Source of the DNA: Escherichia coli
GTDB lineage: Bacteria; Pseudomonadota; Gammaproteobacteria; Enterobacterales; Enterobacteriaceae
Assembly: GCF_002854065.1 (NCBI RefSeq)
Contig: NZ_CP024147.1
Direction: 5' to 3' (one strand)
DNA length: 64,000 bases
Position 1 is the stretch's first letter. The number at the start of each line of letters is the position of its first letter. The notes beneath the pieces were generated by a model, which was not told where the DNA came from, searched no databases, and saw only the letters and a program-made list of their open reading frames with translations. Positions 54,800 through 64,000 of this stretch are shown one piece after another. A program made the position numbers and the translations under genes.

Positions 54800-54898
54800 T
54801 GCCGGATGCGGAGTGAACGCCTTATCCGGCCTACAAAAGCACGCAAATTCAATATATTGCAGAGATTGCGTAGGCCTGATAAGCGTAGCGCATCAGGC
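54800..54898. repeat. REP/BIME pair between yijF and gldA
   Basis: gccggatgcggagtgaacgccttatccggcctac ... gtaggcctgataagcgtagcgcatcaggc. Confidence 0.6.
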
Positions 54899-54943
54899 AA
54901 TTTTGCGTTCAAACTCCCGGACAAGCCGGGAGTTTGGAGTAGG

Positions 54944-56047
54944 TTATTCCCACTCTTGCAGGAAACGCTGACCGTACTGGTCGGCTACCAGCAGAGCGGC
55001 GTAAACCTGATCTGGCGTCGCGCCGCCAGGCATGTTGTGAATGGTTTCACCTTCTGCACATGCCGCTTCTGCCACAGTTCGCATTTTCGCCGGGACATCT
55101 TCTTTAATATCCAGTTGAGCGAGAGTTATTGGCAAACCTACCGCATGGCTAAGGGCAGCTACGGTTTCGATTTCCTCCACCGGCGCATTTTCCAGAACCA
55201 GCTGCGTCAGCGTACCGAATGCCACTTTTTCACCGTGATAATAGTGATGCGCGTCCGGGATAGCGGTCAGGCCGTTATGCACTGCGTGCGCCGCAGCCAG
55301 ACCACCACTTTCAAAACCAACACCGCTCAAATAGGTGTTCGCTTCAATCACGCGTTCCAGCGCCGGAGTCACTACATGCTGTTCGGCAGCAAGCATCGCT
55401 TTTTCGCCTTCTTCCAGCAGGGTGTTGTAGCACAGTTCTGCCAGTGCCAGCGCCGCCTGAGTGCACTTGCCGCCCGCCATGGTGGTCGCGCCGCTACGAG
55501 AGCAAGCACGCGCTTCAAACCAGGTTGCCAGCGCATCGCCGATACCCGCCGCTAACAGACGTGCAGGTGCGCCAGCGACGATTTTAGTATCGACAATCAC
55601 CATATTCGGGTTATTTGGCAACAGCAGATAGCGGTCAAACTCACCCTCATCGGTGTAGATAACAGACAATGCGCTGCACGGTGCATCGGTAGAGGCGATA
55701 GTCGGTGCGATCGCTACCGGAACACCCATGAAATGTGCCAGTGCTTTGGCAGTATCGAGAGTTTTTCCGCCACCGATACCGAGAATTGCGCCACACTGCG
55801 CAGTCTCCGCGATGCCACGCAGACGGTCGATCTCATTTTGCGAACATTCACCGCCAAACGGCGCAATTTCTACTACCAGTCCAGCATCTTTAAAGCTTTT
55901 CTCGACAGTGGATTGAGCAAAACCTAAAACAAATTTGTCACCCACCACTAACCAGCGTTCTGCCAGCGGCTTCAGGTATTCGCCCAGACGATTAATCACA
56001 TCAGCGCCCTGGATGTATTTACCCGGTGATTGAATAATGCGGTCCAT
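54944..56047 (-). CDS. gldA: Glycerol dehydrogenase
   Basis: 367 aa from [24 protein letters not shown]... Confidence 0.95.
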   Translation of the reverse strand: MDRIIQSPGKYIQGADVINRLGEYLKPLAERWLVVGDKFVLGFAQSTVEKSFKDAGLVVEIAPFGGECSQNEIDRLRGIAETAQCGAILGIGGGKTLDTAKALAHFMGVPVAIAPTIASTDAPCSALSVIYTDEGEFDRYLLLPNNPNMVIVDTKIVAGAPARLLAAGIGDALATWFEARACSRSGATTMAGGKCTQAALALAELCYNTLLEEGEKAMLAAEQHVVTPALERVIEANTYLSGVGFESGGLAAAHAVHNGLTAIPDAHHYYHGEKVAFGTLTQLVLENAPVEEIETVAALSHAVGLPITLAQLDIKEDVPAKMRTVAEAACAEGETIHNMPGGATPDQVYAALLVADQYGQRFLQEWE

Positions 56048-56057
56048 AATTGCTCCT

Positions 56058-56720
56058 TTAGAGATGAGTAGTGCCAAATGCGGCATTCCAGTCGTGTTCG
56101 AACTTCTCTATAGCTGACTCTACCGCAGGGGTGTTGAGCATTTGTTGCGCTACATCTAAGGGCAGGGTGATGGATTCACATCCTGCCAGTAAACAGTCCA
56201 GCGCCTGACGCGGCGTTTTAAAGCTGGCCGCCAGCACCATGCTTTCTGGTGCGTGCATTTCTAACAGCGCTTGCAGCTCCTGAACCGTACGAATGCCGTC
56301 CCCGCCCTGGGCATCTACGCGGTTAACATACGGAGCAACGTATTTTGCCCCTGCCAGCGCGGCCAGTAACCCTTGTGCAGCACTGTACACTGCGGTGCCA
56401 AGCGTAGTAATACCCTCTTTTTTCAGCATCTTAATGGCGGCCAGACCTTCGGAAGTCACCGGGATTTTCACCACAATGCCCGGAATGGCGTCGCGCAGAC
56501 GCTTCGCTTCTTCCACCATCCCCTGCGCGTCGCGGCTCATGGTCTGAGCAAACAGAATGCCCTCATCACCAATCGCTTTTTGCAGACGCGGCAGCACTTC
56601 CCAGATGGACTCCTTGCTGGCAGCGATAATGCTTGGGTTAGTTGTCACCCCGGCAATCGGGAATATGCGTGCCAGACGTTCGACTTCTGCGACGTTAGCG
56701 GTGTCCAGATACAGTTCCAT
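56058..56720 (-). CDS. fsaB: Fructose-6-phosphate aldolase 2
   Basis: 220-aa [33 protein letters not shown]... Confidence 0.9.
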   Translation of the reverse strand: MELYLDTANVAEVERLARIFPIAGVTTNPSIIAASKESIWEVLPRLQKAIGDEGILFAQTMSRDAQGMVEEAKRLRDAIPGIVVKIPVTSEGLAAIKMLKKEGITTLGTAVYSAAQGLLAALAGAKYVAPYVNRVDAQGGDGIRTVQELQALLEMHAPESMVLAASFKTPRQALDCLLAGCESITLPLDVAQQMLNTPAVESAIEKFEHDWNAAFGTTHL

Positions 56721-56731
56721 GATGTTTCCTT

Positions 56732-59233
56732 TTACAGTTCCAGTTCATGTTGCAGCAGGCTGGCGATAGCGTCGGCAGAGGCGGCGTTAACCAGCGCGTT
56801 ACGGAATTCTTCGTGCATGATGCGGCGAGCGAGGCGCGAGAAAATGCGCATATGCTGATCGCCCGCAGCGTGTTTGTTCAGGGTTAACATAATGATGAAT
56901 TGCGCTTCATCATCGCCCCAGCGCACCGGCGCTTGCAGACGCGCTACGCTGATGGTGGATTGCTCAATGTGTTCTGATTTGCTGTGGGGAATGGCAAAAC
57001 TAAAGCCCAGACCGGTAGAGAAAACGGCCTCGCGCGCCCACAAGTCGGCTTCCAGTTTACGCGGATAGCGGCAGCGGCCCGCCAGCAGCAGGTTATCGGT
57101 CATGCCTTTGAGTACTTCTTCTTTGCTGCGCCAGTCGCTTTCCAGTGTGATGCACTCGGCGGTGACCAGCGGTGCGTCTTGTTGGGTCATGCGGAATTGC
57201 GCCAGCAGGTGTTCCACTTCCAGCGAAGTACGGCAGGCCATTGCCTGGTTGAGCAACTTGCGGCACTCACGGCTATCAAGTTGCGCCATCCGCGCTTTCG
57301 CCGCCGGAATTGATGGTGCGCTCATGCTGAGTTCATCCAGCCCTAAGCCGACCAGCAACGGCAGCACGGAACCTTTCGCTCCCAGCTCACCGCACAGACC
57401 AATCCATTTGCCCTGGCGATGCACCGCTTGCACGGCGTAATCGAGCGCCCGCAAGAATGCCGGATTCAGGCTGTTGTAGTGACGAGTAACCTTAGCGTTA
57501 TCGCGATCCACTGCCAGCAGATATTGCGTCAGGTCATTACTACCAATACTAAAGAAATCAATCTCTTCGCAGCATTGATCGATGATGAACATCACCGACG
57601 GCACTTCCAGCATGATGCCGAGCTGGATCTTCTCATCAAACGGAATGTGTTCGTTACGCAGTTGCTGTTTGGCTTCCGCCAGTTTTTCTTTCACCCATAA
57701 GATCTCTTCCATTGAAGAGATCATCGGGATCATGATTTTCAGGCTGCCGTGAGCGGAGGCACGGAGAATCGACCGTAGTTGTGTGGTAAATAACGACGCG
57801 TACTCTTCATAAATACGCACGGCGCGATAACCAAGGAACGGGTTTGCCTCTGCGGGAATGTTCAGATAATCAACGGGTTTGTCACCGCCAATATCCATAG
57901 TGCGCACAATAATGCTGCGTCCGTTGGCGGACTCCAGCGCCTGACAAAAAATGTTGTACAGCTCGCTTTCGCCCGGTGCACTGGTGCGATCCATATAGAG
58001 CATTTCAGTGCGGAACAAACCAACGCCTTCCGCACCATTGCCGAATGCGGCCTGCGCTTCCACGGAGTGAGCGATGTTAGCGGCAATTTCAATGCGGATA
58101 CCGTCAGCGGTACGGGCTTGTTGGGTCAGCCAGACACGCTGTTGCTCACGAAGGGCGTCCTGTACGCGGGCTTCTTGCTGATAATAACGAGCTACGGCTT
58201 CCCCTGGCTCAACCACAATCGCCCCGGCGTTGCCGTCGATATAAATCGTTTGATGCTGCCACGGAGTAAGGGCATCAATATCTACACCAACCAGTGTCGG
58301 AATGTTGAACGAACGGGCAAGAATTACGGTATGTGAGGTGGTGCCGCCACTTTTCAGTAACAGACCTTTGAGGTGATTTTTATCCAGTTCGAGGAACTGG
58401 CTGGGGGTTAGTTCATCAGCCATACAAATGGCGGGCTGCGTCAGTTTGCCCGGTGCCGGGAAGCGTTGCTCACCGTAGATTTGCTGAAGCAGCTGGAAGC
58501 AGACATCGCGTACGTCCAGGGCACGTTCTTGCAGGTAGCTGCTGCTGGAACGGGCGAACTCTTCGCAAAAGTGATTCGCGCTGGCAACAATTGCTTCGGC
58601 GCAGCTTAATCCGGCGCTGACGCCTGCCAGTAAATGTTCGCGCAGGGAAGTATCGCCAGCCAGGGATCGGTGAGCTTCCAGAATCGCGCTGGTGGCACCG
58701 TCGCTATCCAGCAGACGAAACTCTATGTTTTTCAGTACCAGCGTCAGGCCGTTTTCCAGTGCGGATTGCTCGGCGTCAACGTCTTTGGCTGCGGGAAGAT
58801 TACTCAGCGCATTGAGATCTAAAGAAGAGATCGGCGTCAGAATGCCGCCTGCGCTACCGCTGCACACGGTGCGGGCGCGGATAATTTGCGGATTCAGATT
58901 GGTCAGTGAAACCGGCAGTGGTTCCAGTTCGTCAGATTTAACTTCCGCCAGCGGCGCATCGCAGTGGGGGAATTCATCGCGCAGCCATTGGCTTAAACGC
59001 TGGTGCGCTTCCTGTTCGTCGGCCCCGGAAATCAGTAACTGGCAGTTATCGCCCGCCAGCGTGTCGGTGCCAATCAGCGCAAGGGCGCTTTTGGCGTTGC
59101 CCTTGCGGTCAGTGCGCAGGTTATGCCACTCAATTTGTGATGAAAAAGTATTACACAGCGTTTCAACGTGGCTTGCCGGACGTGCATGTACGCCGTTAGG
59201 TAGCTCACAAATAAATTCCACAATCAGGGCCAT
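56732..59233 (-). CDS. ptsA: PTS multiphosphoryl-transfer protein PtsA/FrwA (EIIA-HPr-EI fusion)
   Basis: 833-aa ORF with EI-like C-terminal region. Confidence 0.9.
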   Translation of the reverse strand: MALIVEFICELPNGVHARPASHVETLCNTFSSQIEWHNLRTDRKGNAKSALALIGTDTLAGDNCQLLISGADEQEAHQRLSQWLRDEFPHCDAPLAEVKSDELEPLPVSLTNLNPQIIRARTVCSGSAGGILTPISSLDLNALSNLPAAKDVDAEQSALENGLTLVLKNIEFRLLDSDGATSAILEAHRSLAGDTSLREHLLAGVSAGLSCAEAIVASANHFCEEFARSSSSYLQERALDVRDVCFQLLQQIYGEQRFPAPGKLTQPAICMADELTPSQFLELDKNHLKGLLLKSGGTTSHTVILARSFNIPTLVGVDIDALTPWQHQTIYIDGNAGAIVVEPGEAVARYYQQEARVQDALREQQRVWLTQQARTADGIRIEIAANIAHSVEAQAAFGNGAEGVGLFRTEMLYMDRTSAPGESELYNIFCQALESANGRSIIVRTMDIGGDKPVDYLNIPAEANPFLGYRAVRIYEEYASLFTTQLRSILRASAHGSLKIMIPMISSMEEILWVKEKLAEAKQQLRNEHIPFDEKIQLGIMLEVPSVMFIIDQCCEEIDFFSIGSNDLTQYLLAVDRDNAKVTRHYNSLNPAFLRALDYAVQAVHRQGKWIGLCGELGAKGSVLPLLVGLGLDELSMSAPSIPAAKARMAQLDSRECRKLLNQAMACRTSLEVEHLLAQFRMTQQDAPLVTAECITLESDWRSKEEVLKGMTDNLLLAGRCRYPRKLEADLWAREAVFSTGLGFSFAIPHSKSEHIEQSTISVARLQAPVRWGDDEAQFIIMLTLNKHAAGDQHMRIFSRLARRIMHEEFRNALVNAASADAIASLLQHELEL

Positions 59234-59541
59234 TGCCTCTCTCCCGGTACGGTTTTCTGTTTACAGGATAAGAGCGCACGGCAACGGCCTGCCATGTGAC
59301 AAATCTGCCAAAAGCTGGACAAATGTAATGTAACCGTCAATTTGCGACGCGTCTCACAAGACGCCGTTTTGCGGCATGCTTCCGGATTATCGCAAGTTAT
59401 GAGGCGGATCGCATTTTTGTACTGATATTACAAAAGTCCAGTAAATGGCCTTTTTATCCACTGTTTGCTCCGCCTGCGATTGCCTATTGTTTCCTCCATC
59501 AAAAATATGGACATGGGCTTTCGCAAGCCCGGGAGCAGCTT

Positions 59542-60621
59542 ATGAATGAGTTGGTGCAGATCCTGAAAAATACCCGTCAGCATTTAATGACGGGCGTTTC
59601 ACACATGATTCCCTTCGTGGTATCGGGCGGTATTTTGCTGGCGGTTTCCGTCATGTTGTATGGCAAAGGCGCAGTGCCGGATGCCGTAGCCGATCCGAAT
59701 TTGAAAAAACTGTTTGATATCGGCGTTGCGGGTTTGACGCTGATGGTGCCTTTCCTCGCCGCTTACATTGGTTACTCCATTGCAGAGCGTTCTGCGCTGG
59801 CTCCGTGCGCTATCGGTGCCTGGGTTGGTAACAGCTTTGGTGCGGGCTTCTTTGGTGCACTGATCGCCGGGATTATCGGCGGCATCGTGGTGCATTACCT
59901 GAAGAAAATTCCGGTGCATAAAGTTCTGCGCTCGGTGATGCCTATCTTCATCATTCCTATCGTCGGCACACTGATTACCGCAGGCATCATGATGTGGGGC
60001 TTGGGCGAGCCTGTAGGGGCGTTGACCAACAGCCTGACTCAGTGGCTTCAGGGGATGCAGCAGGGCAGCATTGTTATGCTGGCGGTGATCATGGGTCTGA
60101 TGCTGGCGTTCGATATGGGCGGTCCGGTTAACAAAGTGGCCTATGCCTTCATGCTGATTTGCGTTGCTCAGGGTGTTTATACCGTGGTGGCCATTGCTGC
60201 CGTGGGTATTTGTATCCCGCCGCTGGGGATGGGGCTGGCGACGCTGATTGGTCGTAAAAATTTCTCCGCAGAAGAGCGCGAAACTGGTAAAGCGGCGCTG
60301 GTGATGGGGTGCGTTGGCGTTACTGAAGGGGCGATTCCTTTCGCCGCTGCCGATCCGCTGCGTGTTATTCCTTCCATCATGGTCGGTTCAGTTTGTGGTG
60401 CAGTAACTGCGGCGCTGGTCGGTGCGCAGTGCTATGCAGGCTGGGGTGGTCTGATTGTGCTGCCGGTGGTTGAAGGTAAGTTGGGTTATATCGCAGCAGT
60501 GGCTGTCGGGGCGGTTGTGACGGCTGTTTGTGTGAACGTGCTGAAAAGTCTGGCGCGTAAAAATGGGGCTTCGACTGATGAAAAAGAAGACGACCTGGAT
60601 TTGGATTTTGAAATTAATTAA
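59542..60621 (+). CDS. frwC: PTS fructose-like EIIC component
   Basis: 359-aa polytopic membrane protein. Confidence 0.9.
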   Translation: MNELVQILKNTRQHLMTGVSHMIPFVVSGGILLAVSVMLYGKGAVPDAVADPNLKKLFDIGVAGLTLMVPFLAAYIGYSIAERSALAPCAIGAWVGNSFGAGFFGALIAGIIGGIVVHYLKKIPVHKVLRSVMPIFIIPIVGTLITAGIMMWGLGEPVGALTNSLTQWLQGMQQGSIVMLAVIMGLMLAFDMGGPVNKVAYAFMLICVAQGVYTVVAIAAVGICIPPLGMGLATLIGRKNFSAEERETGKAALVMGCVGVTEGAIPFAAADPLRVIPSIMVGSVCGAVTAALVGAQCYAGWGGLIVLPVVEGKLGYIAAVAVGAVVTAVCVNVLKSLARKNGASTDEKEDDLDLDFEIN

Positions 60622-60635
60622 TTGAGGAACGAGCC

Positions 60636-60956
60636 ATGACGAAAATTATTGCAGTAACCGCATGTCCTTCAGGTGTTGCCCATACCTATATGGCGGCAGA
60701 GGCGCTGGAAAGTGCCGCGAAAGCGAAAGGCTGGGAAGTGAAAGTAGAAACCCAGGGCTCGATTGGTCTGGAAAACGAACTGACTGCGGAAGATGTGGCG
60801 AGCGCCGATATGGTGATTCTGACCAAAGATATCGGCATCAAGTTTGAAGAGCGTTTTGCTGGCAAGACCATTGTGCGCGTCAACATCAGCGACGCGGTAA
60901 AACGCGCTGACGCCATTATGAGCAAAATTGAAGCTCACCTGGCGCAAACCGCTTAA
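60636..60956 (+). CDS. frwB: PTS fructose-like EIIB component
   Basis: 106-aa ORF with N-terminal Cys (TACPSGVAHTYMAAEALE). Confidence 0.9.
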   Translation: MTKIIAVTACPSGVAHTYMAAEALESAAKAKGWEVKVETQGSIGLENELTAEDVASADMVILTKDIGIKFEERFAGKTIVRVNISDAVKRADAIMSKIEAHLAQTA

Positions 60957-61006
60957 GTTCTTCTCCCGCTCGCAAGGGCGGGTTCGCTTTCCCACAGGAG
61001 TTCCTC

Positions 61007-63304
61007 ATGACGAATCGTATCTCTCGCCTCAAAACTGCACTGTTTGCCAATACCCGTGAAATCTCGCTGGAGCGTGCGCTGCTTTATACCGCCAGCCATC
61101 GGCAAACCGAAGGCGAACCGGTGATATTGCGCCGGGCGAAAGCAACAGTGTATATCCTTGAACATGTTGAAATTTCGATTCGTGATGAAGAACTGATTGC
61201 CGGTAACCGCACGGTGAAACCACGCGCCGGGATTATGTCGCCGGAAATGGACCCTTACTGGCTGCTGAAAGAGCTGGATCAATTCCCGACGCGTCCGCAG
61301 GACCGCTTTGCTATCAGCGAAGAAGATAAACGTATCTACCGCGAAGAGTTGTTCCCGTACTGGGAAAAACGTTCGATGAAAGATTTCATCAACGGGCAGA
61401 TGACGGATGAAGTAAAAGCCGCGACCAGCACGCAGATTTTCAGCATCAACCAGACGGATAAAGGCCAGGGGCACATTATTATTGATTACCCGCGCCTGCT
61501 GAATCACGGGCTGGGTGAGCTGGTAGCGCAAATGCAGCAACATTGTCAGCAACAGCCGGAGAATCACTTTTATCAGGCAGCGCTGTTACTGCTCGAAGCC
61601 TCGCAGAAACACATTTTGCGTTACGCCGAACTGGCGGAAACGATGGCGGCAAGCTGCACTGATGCCCAGCGTCGCGAAGAACTGCTGACTATTGCGGAGA
61701 TCTCCCGCCATAACGCCGAACATAAGCCGCAGACGTTCTGGCAGGCGTGCCAGTTATTCTGGTACATGAACATCATTCTGCAATACGAATCCAACGCCAG
61801 TTCGCTATCGTTGGGGCGCTTCGACCAGTATATGTTGCCGTTCTATCAGGCATCATTAACCCAGGGCGAAGATGCGGCGTTCCTGAAAGAACTGCTCGAA
61901 TCTTTATGGGTGAAATGCAACGACATCGTGCTGTTGCGCTCCACCAGTAGCGCGCGCTATTTCGCAGGTTTCCCGACCGGCTATACCGCACTGCTCGGCG
62001 GGTTAACCGAGAACGGACGTAGCGCGGTGAACGTGCTTTCGTTCCTTTGCCTTGACGCTTATCAAAGCGTGCAATTACCGCAACCGAACCTCGGTGTGCG
62101 CACTAACGCCTTGATCGACACGCCGTTCCTGATGAAAACCGCAGAAACCATTCGCCTCGGAACCGGTATTCCGCAAATCTTCAACGATGAAGTGGTGGTG
62201 CCAGCGTTCCTCAACCGTGGCGTTTCGCTGGAAGATGCGCGCGACTATTCCGTAGTAGGCTGTGTGGAATTATCTATTCCCGGCAGAACCTACGGCTTGC
62301 ATGACATCGCGATGTTTAATCTGCTGAAAGTGATGGAAATCTGCCTGCATGAAAATGAAGGCAATGCTGCGCTGACTTATGAAGGTTTACTGGAGCAGAT
62401 CCGCGCCAAGATCAGCCACTACATCACCCTGATGGTTGAGGGCAGCAATATTTGTGATATCGGCCATCGCGACTGGGCACCTGTACCGCTGCTCTCGTCT
62501 TTTATCAGCGATTGTCTGGAAAAAGGTCGCGATATTACCGATGGCGGCGCGCGTTATAACTTCTCCGGCGTACAGGGGATCGGTATCGCCAACCTGAGCG
62601 ATTCTCTCCATGCGTTGAAAGGGATGGTTTTTGATCAACAGCGTTTAAGTTTTGACGAATTGCTGTCGGTATTAAAAGCCAACTTTGCAACGCCAGAAGG
62701 CGAAAAAGTCCGCGCTCGCTTAATTAACCGCTTTGAGAAATACGGTAACGATATCGACGAGGTGGATAACATTAGCGCCGAACTGTTGCGCCACTACTGC
62801 AAAGAAGTGGAAAAATACCAGAACCCGCGCGGCGGTTACTTCACGCCGGGATCGTATACCGTTTCTGCTCACGTCCCGTTGGGATCGGTGGTTGGCGCGA
62901 CGCCAGACGGTCGTTTTGCCGGAGAACAGCTGGCAGACGGCGGCTTGTCACCCATGCTGGGCCAGGACGCACAAGGGCCAACAGCGGTACTGAAGTCAGT
63001 CAGTAAGCTCGATAACACGCTGCTGTCTAACGGTACGTTGCTGAACGTGAAATTCACTCCGGCGACCCTGGAAGGTGAAGCGGGATTACGCAAACTGGCC
63101 GACTTCTTACGAGCGTTTACCCAGCTTAAGTTGCAGCATATTCAGTTTAACGTGGTGAACGCCGACACGTTGCGGGAAGCGCAACAGCGCCCACAAGATT
63201 ATGCCGGGCTGGTGGTGCGCGTTGCCGGATACAGCGCCTTCTTTGTCGAACTGTCGAAGGAGATCCAGGATGACATCATCCGCCGGACAGCGCATCAGCT
63301 GTAA
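61007..63304 (+). CDS. pflD: Glycyl-radical enzyme, pyruvate formate-lyase-like PflD
   Basis: 765-aa ORF; C-terminal glycyl-radical motif region (VVRVAGYSAFFVEL). Confidence 0.9.
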   Translation: MTNRISRLKTALFANTREISLERALLYTASHRQTEGEPVILRRAKATVYILEHVEISIRDEELIAGNRTVKPRAGIMSPEMDPYWLLKELDQFPTRPQDRFAISEEDKRIYREELFPYWEKRSMKDFINGQMTDEVKAATSTQIFSINQTDKGQGHIIIDYPRLLNHGLGELVAQMQQHCQQQPENHFYQAALLLLEASQKHILRYAELAETMAASCTDAQRREELLTIAEISRHNAEHKPQTFWQACQLFWYMNIILQYESNASSLSLGRFDQYMLPFYQASLTQGEDAAFLKELLESLWVKCNDIVLLRSTSSARYFAGFPTGYTALLGGLTENGRSAVNVLSFLCLDAYQSVQLPQPNLGVRTNALIDTPFLMKTAETIRLGTGIPQIFNDEVVVPAFLNRGVSLEDARDYSVVGCVELSIPGRTYGLHDIAMFNLLKVMEICLHENEGNAALTYEGLLEQIRAKISHYITLMVEGSNICDIGHRDWAPVPLLSSFISDCLEKGRDITDGGARYNFSGVQGIGIANLSDSLHALKGMVFDQQRLSFDELLSVLKANFATPEGEKVRARLINRFEKYGNDIDEVDNISAELLRHYCKEVEKYQNPRGGYFTPGSYTVSAHVPLGSVVGATPDGRFAGEQLADGGLSPMLGQDAQGPTAVLKSVSKLDNTLLSNGTLLNVKFTPATLEGEAGLRKLADFLRAFTQLKLQHIQFNVVNADTLREAQQRPQDYAGLVVRVAGYSAFFVELSKEIQDDIIRRTAHQL

Positions 63305-64000
63305 CGTTGTGGAAACGCGCCGCAATGATGTGGCGCGCATTTTCAACATTCAGCGTTATTCACTGAATGACGGCGAGGGCATTCGTACGGTGGTCTTTTT
63401 TAAAGGCTGTCCACATCTTTGCCCGTGGTGTGCTAATCCGGAGTCGATCTCCGGCAAAATCCAGACGGTACGCAGAGAGGCGAAATGTCTGCACTGTGCG
63501 AAATGTTTGCGTGATGCGGATGAATGCCCCTCCGGGGCGTTTGAACGGATTGGTCGCGATATCAGCCTTGACGCGCTGGAACGGGAAGTGATGAAAGATG
63601 ACATTTTCTTTCGCACGTCCGGCGGCGGCGTCACGCTTTCTGGCGGCGAAGTGTTAATGCAGGCGGAGTTTGCTACCCGTTTTTTACAGCGACTGCGGCT
63701 GTGGGGTGTGTCATGTGCCATTGAAACTGCCGGAGACGCACCAGCCAGCAAGCTGTTACCACTGGCGAAATTGTGCGATGAAGTGTTGTTCGATTTAAAA
63801 ATCATGGATGCGACTCAGGCGCGGGATGTGGTGAAGATGAACCTGCCACGCGTGATGGAGAATCTGCGTTTGCTGGTGAGTGAGGGTGTCAACGTGATCC
63901 CGCGTTTACCGCTGATCCCTGGTTTCACGCTCAGCCTGGAGAATATGCAGCAGGCGCTGGATGTACTGATCCCGCTGAAAATCAGGCAGATCCATCTGTT
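63270..64000 (+). CDS. pflC: Glycyl-radical enzyme activase PflC, partial (runs off window end)
   Basis: ATG at 63270 overlapping the pflD 3' end; radical-SAM CxxxCxxC motif (CPHLCPWC) visible in my translation. Confidence 0.85.
   Translation, partial: MTSSAGQRISCNVVETRRNDVARIFNIQRYSLNDGEGIRTVVFFKGCPHLCPWCANPESISGKIQTVRREAKCLHCAKCLRDADECPSGAFERIGRDISLDALEREVMKDDIFFRTSGGGVTLSGGEVLMQAEFATRFLQRLRLWGVSCAIETAGDAPASKLLPLAKLCDEVLFDLKIMDATQARDVVKMNLPRVMENLRLLVSEGVNVIPRLPLIPGFTLSLENMQQALDVLIPLKIRQIHL

Overview
This window is an Escherichia coli chromosomal segment, syntenic with the K-12 fdoG-rha-cpx-pfkA-tpiA-glp-hslVU-met-katG-frw-pfl region, and almost all of it is conserved core genes. Gene identities come from reading the ORF-track translations against remembered K-12 proteins; no database search was run. 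Two places depart from the K-12 arrangement as I recall it. (1) At 4555-8564 the frv PTS operon is largely missing: two identical 768-bp IS1 copies in inverted orientation flank an inverted 1.9-kb segment carrying the 5' part of a sugar-porin-like gene, and the porin's 3' end lies outside the second IS1. A 9-bp inverted target duplication (5762-5770 vs 8463-8471) makes this the footprint of an IS1 intramolecular transposition-inversion, and rejoining the two parts gives a ~464-aa outer-membrane protein ending in ...RFKYFF. (2) At 34373-35808 an AT-rich ~1.5-kb insertion between the convergent zapB and rraA genes encodes two tandem paralogous membrane proteins with no family I can recognise; this is the best candidate for an undescribed accessory module. 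Other features include the fdoG selenocysteine UGA, BIME/REP repeats, met boxes, a CpxR box and the cpxP 3' UTR (CpxQ).
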